Assembly: GCA_041645165.1 (NCBI GenBank)
Contig: JBAZQN010000004.1
Span: 18,789 to 82,788 of the forward strand
Length of the DNA stretch: 64,000 nucleotides
Source of the DNA: Patescibacteria group bacterium
Lineage (GTDB): Bacteria > Patescibacteriota > Patescibacteriia > 2-02-FULL-49-11
Reading direction: 5' to 3'
Shown here: positions 56,170 to 64,000 of the stretch, piece by piece
How the letters are laid out: the number at the start of each line of letters is the position of its first letter
How positions within the stretch are numbered: the first letter of the stretch is position 1
Notes under the pieces: model-generated
The model's input: only the letters and a program-made list of their open reading frames with translations
Told to the model about the DNA's origin: nothing
Database searches by the model: none
Position numbers and translations under genes: made by a program

Positions 56170-57900
56170 ATGGACAGGTTTACCTGGAAAATCGGCGGAC
56201 AAGCAGGTTTCGGCATTGCCACCTCCGGCCAATTATTTTCGCGGATGTGCGTGGCTGCGGGCAGATTCGTGGCGGATTACAGTGAAAAACCAAACCGCAT
56301 CAGAGGAGGCCATAACACCCACCAAGTCACCATTGCGGACAAACCACTCTATGCGGCGTCACGGAAAGTGGATCTGCTCGTTGCCCTTGATAAAGATACG
56401 GCGTTTTTGCACCTTAAGGAACTCGCGCCCCGTGCCGCCGTCATTTATGACGGAGAAAAAAACACCCTTACTGTGGAAGATCTGGGACGGAAAGATGTAG
56501 TGCTTTATTCCGTGCCGCTCGCGCGCTTTGCCAAAGAAGTGGGCGGCGAGGAAGTTATGCGCAATACCGTGGCCCTTGGCGCGTCCCTCGCGTTCATGGG
56601 ATGCGATTTTACCCCGCTTGAGCGCGTCCTCACGAGCGCATTCGGCAAAAAACCAGAGCGCCTGGCCGCCAATCTCAAGGCCGCCCGTGAAGGATTCGAA
56701 TATGTCCGCGCGCAAGGAGGGGTCCACCACGCGTGCCCCCTCACCCAAAAACTCTCTTCTCCTCATATCGTAATCCCGGGCAACGAAGCAATGGCTTTGG
56801 GCGCCATCCAAGCTGGCTGCACCTTCTACGCCGCTTACCCGATGAGCCCTTCCTCTTCCATTCTGCATTACCTTGCGGGCAAGGCGGAAACCACTGGCAT
56901 GGTCGTGAAGCACGCGGAGGATGAAATTTCCGTCATCAATATGGCGCTGGGCGCGTCCTATGCCGGCGCACGCGCCATGATCGGCACGTCAGGCGGCGGA
57001 TTCTCGCTGATGGTGGAATCGCTCGGGCTCGCGGGAATCGCGGAGATCCCCCTCGTGATCGCGGAGGTTATGCGCCCCGGCCCTGCCACGGGCATGCCCA
57101 CCTGGACAGAAGCTTCTGACCTCCAATTTGTCATCCATGCGGCGCAAGGAGAATTTCCCCGCGTCGTGCTCGCGCCGGGCGACGTGGAAGAAGCCTTTCA
57201 CTACACGCTTCTCGCATTCAATCTTGCAGAGCGCTGGCAGGTGCCTGTCTTTCTTCTTTCTGATAAAAACCTTGGGGAACACAGCCGCAGCGTGCCTCCG
57301 TTTGATGCATCGGCCTACCGCATTGATCGAGGCAAACTCCTCACGCAAAAAGACTTGAGCGGCACGAAACCCTTCAAGCGGTATGTGCTTACCCGTGACG
57401 GCGTGTCCCCGCGCTCGCGGCCGGGCCTGAAAGGCGGCGTCTATCTTTCCAATTCTTATGAACATGACTACTTCGGCTACTCTGACGAATCCTCGAAAAT
57501 GCGCGTCGCGCAGGCTGACAAACGCATGAAAAAACTGGAGGGCATTGCTCATGAAATGCCAAAGCCTTTCATACTAGGCCCCTCAAAAGCTCCGCTTACG
57601 CTCGTCACCTGGGGATCCATGAAAGGGCCAGTGAGGGAAGCGATGGAGCGTCTTGGGGAAGAAAAAATGAAAGTAAACATGGTGCACTTCTCCGGCATGT
57701 GGCCATTCCCCAAAAGGTGGGCGGAAAAGCTGCTCTCCTCGCAGAAGCGTCTGGTGCTTGTCGAGAATAACGCCACGGCGCAGTTCGGCAGCTTGCTCAA
57801 AGAACAGACAGGTATCGATATCGAAGATAAACTGCTCAAATACGACGGAAGACCATGGTTCCCGGAAGAGCTTATTGTCGAGACAAAAAAACGACTATAA
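56170..57900 (+). CDS. korA: 2-oxoacid:ferredoxin oxidoreductase, fused gamma-alpha subunit
   Basis: N-terminal gamma-domain GGQAGFGIATSG followed by the alpha-subunit pyrimidine-binding domain. 576 aa. Confidence 0.8.
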   Translation: MDRFTWKIGGQAGFGIATSGQLFSRMCVAAGRFVADYSEKPNRIRGGHNTHQVTIADKPLYAASRKVDLLVALDKDTAFLHLKELAPRAAVIYDGEKNTLTVEDLGRKDVVLYSVPLARFAKEVGGEEVMRNTVALGASLAFMGCDFTPLERVLTSAFGKKPERLAANLKAAREGFEYVRAQGGVHHACPLTQKLSSPHIVIPGNEAMALGAIQAGCTFYAAYPMSPSSSILHYLAGKAETTGMVVKHAEDEISVINMALGASYAGARAMIGTSGGGFSLMVESLGLAGIAEIPLVIAEVMRPGPATGMPTWTEASDLQFVIHAAQGEFPRVVLAPGDVEEAFHYTLLAFNLAERWQVPVFLLSDKNLGEHSRSVPPFDASAYRIDRGKLLTQKDLSGTKPFKRYVLTRDGVSPRSRPGLKGGVYLSNSYEHDYFGYSDESSKMRVAQADKRMKKLEGIAHEMPKPFILGPSKAPLTLVTWGSMKGPVREAMERLGEEKMKVNMVHFSGMWPFPKRWAEKLLSSQKRLVLVENNATAQFGSLLKEQTGIDIEDKLLKYDGRPWFPEELIVETKKRL

Positions 57901-57946
57901 ATTTAGAAACGTCCCGCAGGGACACTATAATTTTGACTTTTGATTT

Positions 57947-58807
57947 ATGGCGGAAACAGCCGACTTCAATACTCCCCTTTTTCCCACCTGGTGCCCCGGC
58001 TGCGGCGATTTTAGCATTTGGTCGGCACTTAAGGAAGCATTCGTGGTATTGGGAATGGAACCGCACCAATGTGCGGTGGTCTATGGCATTGGGTGTTCCG
58101 GCAACATGTGCTCCTTCGTGAATACCTATGGCTTTGAGGGACTGCACGGCCGCGGCCTGCCCGTAGCCTGCGGTATAAAAATGGCAAACCACAATCTGCC
58201 GGTTATGATGGTGGGCGGAGACGGCGATCTTTTAGGCGAAGGTATGGGGCATTTCATCCATGCGTGCCGCGCCAATCACCACGTCACCACGCTCATCCAC
58301 AATAACCAAGTGTATGGGCTTACCACCGGCCAGACCGCGCCGACTTCCGAAAAAGGCGCCAAAACAAAATCAACGCCCGCAGGCGTCATTGAAGAGCAAA
58401 CGAATCCCATCACGCTCGCGCTCACCGCAGGCGCGACCTTTGTCGCGCGCGGCTTTTCAGGAGACATTCCCCACCTTACTGACCTTATCGTAAAAGCTAT
58501 TTCGCACAAAGGGTTTTCGGTGCTGGATGTGCTGCAGCCCTGCGTGACATTCAACAAAGTCAATACTTACGCATGGTTCAGAGAGAGGGTCTACAAGCTG
58601 GAAGAGTCGGGGTATCGGCAAACCACCAAACCAGCGGCGATCGAACGTGCCTTCGAGCCATGGCATGAAAAACTCCCCCTTGGCATCTTCTGGCAGGAGG
58701 AAAAGCCCACCTACGAAGACTCCCTGCCGCAGCTCAAAAACGGCCCCCTCGTCGAGCGCGACTTGTCCCATATCGATATCTCAAAACTCTTGGAGGAATT
58801 TAAATGA
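57947..58807 (+). CDS. korB: 2-oxoacid:ferredoxin oxidoreductase beta subunit (TPP-binding)
   Basis: WCPGCGDF and GDGD TPP-binding motifs. 286 aa. Confidence 0.9.
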   Translation: MAETADFNTPLFPTWCPGCGDFSIWSALKEAFVVLGMEPHQCAVVYGIGCSGNMCSFVNTYGFEGLHGRGLPVACGIKMANHNLPVMMVGGDGDLLGEGMGHFIHACRANHHVTTLIHNNQVYGLTTGQTAPTSEKGAKTKSTPAGVIEEQTNPITLALTAGATFVARGFSGDIPHLTDLIVKAISHKGFSVLDVLQPCVTFNKVNTYAWFRERVYKLEESGYRQTTKPAAIERAFEPWHEKLPLGIFWQEEKPTYEDSLPQLKNGPLVERDLSHIDISKLLEEFK

Positions 58808-58837
58808 GTTTTAAAAAAAAATTTCTGCATAGCCCAA

Positions 58838-58870
58838 GCAACCCTTTGATGTAAAGGGTTGCCTTTTTTA
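58838..58870. terminator. bidirectional Rho-independent terminator (gcaacccttt-gatgt-aaagggttgc followed by T-run)
   Basis: 10-bp perfect stem with ctttttta on the plus strand and an A-run on the minus side. Confidence 0.5.
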
Positions 58871-58876
58871 AAGCCA

Positions 58877-59092
58877 TCAGGAGCGCAATAACGCTACTAA
58901 CGCAAATATCCATGGAATTATATCAAACACAAAACGGTACTTCTGGATGGACGTTTTTTGCCCACCCAGTAATTGAATTGCCAACTCCAGCTTTCTATCT
59001 GGATTGAGATTGGCGAACCAGTCTAAATCCATTTCCATTACCCTTATGGTTTTTTTAATACCCCTTATAAACACCTTATCCAGCGCTTTCAT
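58877..59092 (-). CDS. small hypothetical protein (71 aa, AT-rich)
   Basis: ORF only, with a hydrophobic C-terminus. Weak support. Confidence 0.25.
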   Translation of the reverse strand: MKALDKVFIRGIKKTIRVMEMDLDWFANLNPDRKLELAIQLLGGQKTSIQKYRFVFDIIPWIFALVALLRS

Positions 59093-59388
59093 AATAATCT
59101 CCTCATTTTATAGAGATGTATTCCAGAGCCCTTGATATCTGTATTGTCAAAGACCGTTGTTTATTTAAGAACTTAAAAACCCGCCTTGTGACCTATACAA
59201 GCGGGTTGTCAATGTTCTCAATCGGTAGAGCCTTAAAAAAACCTTTCAGACCCTGCCGACGGAGAACCTCAAACGTTATGTTTTTAACGAACTTTCCTCC
59301 TTACGCCCCCATCATAGCGCATCTGGAATAAAAGTCAATGCCCTCTATGGAGTCTACTGCGCGACGCGGAAGACTTCCTCAAAAAAGC

Positions 59389-59799
59389 TCACACGAGCAT
59401 TTCAATTGGTATCTCAGTGACTACCTTAAGCGCCATATCATTGGTGACGAATTTCTCCGCGCTATGCGCAATCGCGGTGGCAATATGGATCGCATCTGGC
59501 GTGCGGAGCCGATACTTTCCGCGCAGATCAGAAGCAATATCCACGACGGATTCGTCAATCCCCGTAATCCGCACGTGGGGAAAATTTTTGATGAGTTCCT
59601 TATAGTGCGCAGCAAGTTCTTTCTTCCCTTGCAGTTTCGGTCCAGTCAAAATTTCGATCATGCCAATAACCGACAAGACTGCTTCATATTTCCCCTCCTG
59701 CACCAACAAGAGCGCCCTCCGCGCTCTGGAGAGAAATTGCGGATGCTCTTCGAGAAGATAAATGATAACGGAGGAATCTATGCCAATTACTTGTCCCAT
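59389..59799 (-). CDS. vapC: PIN-domain ribonuclease toxin VapC. Start at MGQVIGIDSS with a GGAGAG RBS
   Basis: PIN acidic residues IDSSVIIY...DAIHIATAI...FVTND. The ORF-track 5' extension lacks an RBS. Confidence 0.7.
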   Translation of the reverse strand: MGQVIGIDSSVIIYLLEEHPQFLSRARRALLLVQEGKYEAVLSVIGMIEILTGPKLQGKKELAAHYKELIKNFPHVRITGIDESVVDIASDLRGKYRLRTPDAIHIATAIAHSAEKFVTNDMALKVVTEIPIEMLV

Positions 59800-60029
59800 G
59801 AAGATCTCTCCTGAAGGATATAGGTGTCTGTACCACCGAGCGATTGCCATACCTCTTTCCCCAATCCTTGCAACGCTTGTACATAATCAGTCGGATGCTT
59901 TGTCAGCACCGCTCTTGTATCATCAAGTGGATGAATCACAATCTTCGCCCCTGCTTTCAAGTGCAACCGATCCCTCACCTCCCGAGGAACCACAATTTGG
60001 TACTTTTGCGATAGAGTAGCTATTCCCAT
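59787..60029 (-). CDS. vapB: AbrB/MazE/SpoVT-fold antitoxin VapB
   Basis: KYQIVVPREVRDRLHLKAGAKIVIHPLDD swapped-hairpin motif. Its stop overlaps the vapC start by 13 nt. Confidence 0.65.
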   Translation of the reverse strand: MGIATLSQKYQIVVPREVRDRLHLKAGAKIVIHPLDDTRAVLTKHPTDYVQALQGLGKEVWQSLGGTDTYILQERSSWDK

Positions 60030-60115
60030 AAATACTTTACTTATACTATAAGTACTTTACATTATATCAGTTGTAAATAACCTGTCAATTATGTTTGTGG
60101 ACTTATATGCCCCAA

Positions 60116-61813
60116 TTACTGCGCGACGCGGAAAACTTCTTCGAGGGTCGTCATCCCTGCCATTGCTTTCATGATGCCGTCCTGCAGCATCGTCATCATG
60201 CCGGCTTTGACCGCCAAGTCGCGTATCTGATATTCGGAAATGGCGCCTGAAAGGATCACGCGCTCGATATCGGAGCTCATGCGCAGCAGCTCGTATATCC
60301 CGATCCTCCCTTTATAGCCGATGCCCTGGCACGCGGGGCACCCTTTCGTCGCCACATATTTCGGCTCCTGCACTCCGAATGTTTGTGCAACGGCAGGAGG
60401 AAGAGAGGAGAGCGCTGCCTGCACCCGCTCTGCGTATTCCGGCGGAAGCGGGCCGGGGAGGGCGCATTTCTTGCACACGCGCCTGACCAGTCTCTGCGCC
60501 AGCACGTCGCTCAATGCAGGCGCCAAGAGATAGGGTTTTGCCCCCATCGAGAGGAAACGCGGAATCGCGCCGGCCGCATCGTTCGTGTGCAGAGTTGAAA
60601 ATACCAAGTGACCTGTGAGCGCAGCCTGAAGTGCTATGTCCACCGTCTCTAGGTCCCGCATTTCTCCCACGAGAATTATATCAGGATCCTGGCGGACAAT
60701 TGAGCGAAGCCCGTTCGCGAACGTGTAGTCATGGGAAGGGTCTACCTGGCTCTGGTTAACCCCTTCCAGTTTGTATTCAATGGGATCTTCAATCGTAATG
60801 ATCTTGGTGGAAGGATCATTCAGGAGGCGCAAAACGGCATAAAGGGTCGTAGTTTTTCCTGAACCGGTAGGGCCGCAGACCACAATCATGCCGTTGGGGC
60901 GCTCAACCTCTTGCCGCAGCGCGGCGCCCACAAAGGGACCGAATCCCAAATCTTCAAACGTCAGGCGGATGGCTTCTCCCCGCAAGAGGCGCATGACAAT
61001 ACTCTCTCCGAACGCGGTGGGAAGCGTGGATACGCGCACGTCAACCCGCTCGCCTTCCAGATTGAGCGTCGCGCGGCCGTCCTGCGGCCGGTTTTCCACG
61101 TTGATTTTTAACCCTGACAACAGCTTCAGGCGTGAAATAAGCGCATGGTAGCGCTCACGGTCGATCGTGGCGATGGTATGCAGGATGCCGTCAATGCGGA
61201 ACCTCACGGCCACACCGCTCTCCTCCGCTTCAATGTGCACATCAGATGCATCTACTGCGATGGATGCGGCCATCAGCAGCACAATAAGGTCAGTGAGTGA
61301 TACGGAGGCAAACTTATCGGTCAGGTCCATCACATTGGTAATGGACTCTTTAAATTTTTTCAGCGTGTCCTCGGGAATATCCACCCCATGCATGGGCACA
61401 TAAATTTTTGGAAGCATGCGATAGAGCTCAAACGCGTGGGCAAGGCTCTGTTCGCTCATGAGCGCCACGCTCACCGAAGCCTTGTGCGTATGCCCAAGGT
61501 CTGCAATCAGTTCAAGAAAATGTTCATTGTGGGGATCAACCGTGGCGAGCCGTATTTCGTGGTGGGGCGTGTATGCGTAGCACACCGCTTGCGCGGATTT
61601 CGCCCGCTCATCAGAGATGAGGCCGAGCGCATCCGGCGCGATGGCAAACCCCCGCAGGTTGACATACGGCAAGCCCATTTCAAGCGCGCGCTCTTGCACG
61701 ATGCTCTCTTTTTCTTTCACCGCAATCTCTGACAGCCTATCCGTTAATAATTTCGAAGATTGATCCGCGTCAGTCTTTTGATTGGAAAATACAGGGAGGT
61801 TCGCTTTAATCAT
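60116..61813 (-). CDS. pilB: type IV pilus assembly / type II secretion ATPase (GspE/PilB family)
   Basis: N-terminal GSPII domain. Walker A GPTGSGKTTTL, Walker B ILVGEMRD and a zinc tetracysteine CKKC...CPAC. Confidence 0.9.
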   Translation of the reverse strand: MIKANLPVFSNQKTDADQSSKLLTDRLSEIAVKEKESIVQERALEMGLPYVNLRGFAIAPDALGLISDERAKSAQAVCYAYTPHHEIRLATVDPHNEHFLELIADLGHTHKASVSVALMSEQSLAHAFELYRMLPKIYVPMHGVDIPEDTLKKFKESITNVMDLTDKFASVSLTDLIVLLMAASIAVDASDVHIEAEESGVAVRFRIDGILHTIATIDRERYHALISRLKLLSGLKINVENRPQDGRATLNLEGERVDVRVSTLPTAFGESIVMRLLRGEAIRLTFEDLGFGPFVGAALRQEVERPNGMIVVCGPTGSGKTTTLYAVLRLLNDPSTKIITIEDPIEYKLEGVNQSQVDPSHDYTFANGLRSIVRQDPDIILVGEMRDLETVDIALQAALTGHLVFSTLHTNDAAGAIPRFLSMGAKPYLLAPALSDVLAQRLVRRVCKKCALPGPLPPEYAERVQAALSSLPPAVAQTFGVQEPKYVATKGCPACQGIGYKGRIGIYELLRMSSDIERVILSGAISEYQIRDLAVKAGMMTMLQDGIMKAMAGMTTLEEVFRVAQ

Positions 61814-61861
61814 GAGCGCTCAATTGAGAGTGGGAATATAAGACGGAGAGATCACATCCCC

Positions 61862-62857
61862 TTAGGATGCGCGGCGCTGGAACAGACGCGGCAGCAAGGC
61901 AATGACCCGCACCAATTTCGCAAACGGCGGGCTTTCCTTCAATCGGCTATACAGCAGGATCCACACCGCCTGCTGAAACGTTGCAAGGATCGCGCCCACG
62001 CACATAATGCTAAGGAAAAATGCGATCACCGCAGCACCCAGGGTTAGGCTTACCGCAAGCGGTACGCCGAGGATAAAACTCAAAAGTGCCAAAGGCCCGA
62101 AAATAATAATTATACCTAACACTGCAATGGAGAGCGCGACAATCGCGGCGGCCGTGGTGCCCAGGGTGAGAATGATGACGGTCTCCATCACGACAAGCCA
62201 GTGCGCGAGAAATAATTTCCATGCGCTGCGCAGCGCATCCAAGGGGGAGAGCGATTCCGTGAGCGAGGCAACGAGCGCAAGACGATACAAGAGGGAACAA
62301 AGGAGCCCTATAGGAACCAAACACGCAAAGCTCACGAGAAGGAATATGGCATACCACACGGAAGACCCGAAAGCGAGATAAAGGAGAAAAGGCGGCAGGC
62401 TGAAGATCGCCCATGCGAGGCTCGTGACAAGATGAAAGCCCACCGTGAGCGTGGTCGTGCGCCAAAAAGCGCGCTTACCCGCCGCGATCCCTTCTTCGAT
62501 GCGGCAATGCTCGCGGCGGCGCTCGCGCTCAATGCCCCAAATAAGCGCTCCTTGCGATACAAGCGCAAACCAAATGAGAAAGCACACCAGCAATAAAAGG
62601 AACGCCGACACGATATAAAATCCGGAGGGCAAGCCTAACCAGGGCGTGAACGTGAGCATGGAAAAATCAAATCCCCACTCCCTCACAGAAGACGCCCATA
62701 CGCCCAAGACGCTCAAGCGGTCAAAATTTCTAAACAACACGTTTATCTCTCCGCCGCTCACTAAGAGCGCACTGAAAAGCCCAAACAGCCACAGGTGTTT
62801 GGAATGTATGGTGAGCAACCACGCTCGCCTTAAGAGTGGACGATAGACGGAAGACAT
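61862..62857 (-). CDS. hypothetical polytopic membrane protein
   Basis: ~8 TM helices and no catalytic motif. Confidence 0.45.
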   Translation of the reverse strand: MSSVYRPLLRRAWLLTIHSKHLWLFGLFSALLVSGGEINVLFRNFDRLSVLGVWASSVREWGFDFSMLTFTPWLGLPSGFYIVSAFLLLLVCFLIWFALVSQGALIWGIERERRREHCRIEEGIAAGKRAFWRTTTLTVGFHLVTSLAWAIFSLPPFLLYLAFGSSVWYAIFLLVSFACLVPIGLLCSLLYRLALVASLTESLSPLDALRSAWKLFLAHWLVVMETVIILTLGTTAAAIVALSIAVLGIIIIFGPLALLSFILGVPLAVSLTLGAAVIAFFLSIMCVGAILATFQQAVWILLYSRLKESPPFAKLVRVIALLPRLFQRRAS

Positions 62858-62865
62858 AGGATATT

Positions 62866-62970
62866 AATTCAAAATGCAAAACTCAAAATGCAAAATTGTG
62901 GAGTCCCGCTTAAGCGGGACAACACTCCTTCATTTTGATTTTTGATTTTTGGATTTTACATTCGGTACGC
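62866..62970. repeat. AT-rich inverted-repeat element, second copy of the 9778-9886 family, enclosing a ggagtcccgcttaagcgggac hairpin
   Basis: The 32-mer cattttgatttttgatttttggattttacatt is identical to 9841-9872. Confidence 0.7.
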
Positions 62971-64000
62971 TATACCTTCGCCTTCACCACTGCGGGCCGC
63001 GGGCCCATGAGCGCGGCAAACGTTTCCCTCTCCAGGGTTTCTTTTTCTAAGAGCAAAGAGGCAACCTCATCCAGCTTATGCCGTGACTTCCGGATCACCG
63101 CTTGCGCCGTCGCACTTGCCTGATGAATGAATTTTGACACCTCTTTGTCTATCGCCTCTGCCACTTTTTCAGAATAATCCCGCTGTTCGGTGATCTCGCG
63201 CCCCAAAAATATAAGCTCTCCGTGCTCGCCAAACGTCCGGGGCCCCAACGCTTCACTCATGCCATACTCCGTCACCAGCTGCCGTGCAAGCTTGGTCGCA
63301 CGCTTGAGATCCGAGGTCGCGCCCGTCGTCACCTCGCTGAACACTTCTTTCTCCACCACGAATCCTGCGAGGAGCACCGCCAACTCGTCTAAAAATTCTG
63401 AATAAGATTTCAGATGCCGGTCTTCTTCGGGGAGCTTTAGCGTATATCCTCCCGCCTGTCCGCGGGAAATGATCGATACCTTATGCACCGGATCCGAATG
63501 GGGAAGCTGGTGCGCCACCACGGCATGGCCCGCCTCATGGTAGGCGGTAATATGCTTTTCCTCGTCAGAAAGGATATGACTCTTGCGCTCGGGCCCGAGC
63601 ATGACTTTTTCAATCGACTGGAACATCTCTTCCTGTGAAATTTTTTTCTTGTTTCTCCGCGCCGCGAGGATGGCCGCCTCATTGAACATATTGGCAATGT
63701 CCGCGCCCGAGAATCCCGGCGTGCGTTCGGCGACTTTTCGCAAATTCACATCTGCCGCGAGCGGCTTGCCTTTTGAATGAATATCAAGGATTTCATGGCG
63801 ATCGCGGATATCCGGCAATTCAATCATCACTCTCCGGTCAAACCGCCCGGGGCGCAGCAGCGCAAAATCAAGCACGTCGGGGCGATTGGTGGCGGCGACA
63901 ACCACGATGCCCGCATTCGGCTCAAACCCGTCCATTTCCACGAGAATTTGGTTCAGCGTCTGTTCCCGCTCGTCATGGCTCCCGCCCAGTCCGGCGCCGC
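62970..64000 (-). CDS. ftsH: ATP-dependent zinc metalloprotease FtsH (C-terminal portion; the 5' end lies beyond the window)
   Basis: AAA second region of homology [20 protein letters not shown]. Zinc-binding HEAGHAVV. The frame is open to the window edge. Confidence 0.9.
   Translation of the reverse strand, partial: GAGLGGSHDEREQTLNQILVEMDGFEPNAGIVVVAATNRPDVLDFALLRPGRFDRRVMIELPDIRDRHEILDIHSKGKPLAADVNLRKVAERTPGFSGADIANMFNEAAILAARRNKKKISQEEMFQSIEKVMLGPERKSHILSDEEKHITAYHEAGHAVVAHQLPHSDPVHKVSIISRGQAGGYTLKLPEEDRHLKSYSEFLDELAVLLAGFVVEKEVFSEVTTGATSDLKRATKLARQLVTEYGMSEALGPRTFGEHGELIFLGREITEQRDYSEKVAEAIDKEVSKFIHQASATAQAVIRKSRHKLDEVASLLLEKETLERETFAALMGPRPAVVKAKV

Overview
This 64-kb window is a gene-dense bacterial chromosome segment of about 60 protein-coding genes, two tRNAs and several cis-elements. 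The content (a DUF5671-type membrane protein, a compact metabolism, type IV pilus ATPases, multiple B12-radical SAM enzymes and TrmB-like regulators) is consistent with an uncultivated, possibly Patescibacteria/CPR-like bacterium. I cannot confirm this from sequence alone. All product calls below are by recall of conserved motifs, since I have no search tools.

The recognisable housekeeping blocks are:
- carA-carB
- pyrC-pyrD-pyrF-LOG-pyrE
- valS with a T-box-like leader, tsaE, and a ribE-ribH-ribBA-ribD operon
- proB-proA
- uvrD/pcrA-like helicase, pilT and a separate pilB/gspE
- gpmI and korA-korB (2-oxoacid:ferredoxin oxidoreductase)
- the 3' end of ftsH
- a vapBC toxin-antitoxin pair
- tRNA-Arg(TCG) and tRNA-Lys(CTT)

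The accessory and unusual content is:
1. A four-gene operon with two radical SAM enzymes (one B12-binding, one with a Cys-rich SPASM-like tail), a 445-aa conserved unknown protein and a TrmB-family regulator. Two further TrmB paralogs each sit beside another SAM-using enzyme: a second B12-radical SAM and an EgtD-like methyltransferase.
2. A heavy load of small palindromic repeats from several sequence families. One GC-rich family (CCCCTC..TTA..TAA..GAGGGG-like hairpins) is inserted in-frame into at least eight conserved genes: carA, pyrC, pyrF, valS (twice), ribD, proA and the transaldolase. This resembles Rickettsia palindromic elements.
3. AT-rich islands at 34.1-36.2 kb, between the two tRNAs, and at 58.9 kb.
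4. A short gluconate-branch sugar cluster: MDR glucose-dehydrogenase-like, short 6PGDH-like, BadF-type kinase and an Fsa-type transaldolase.
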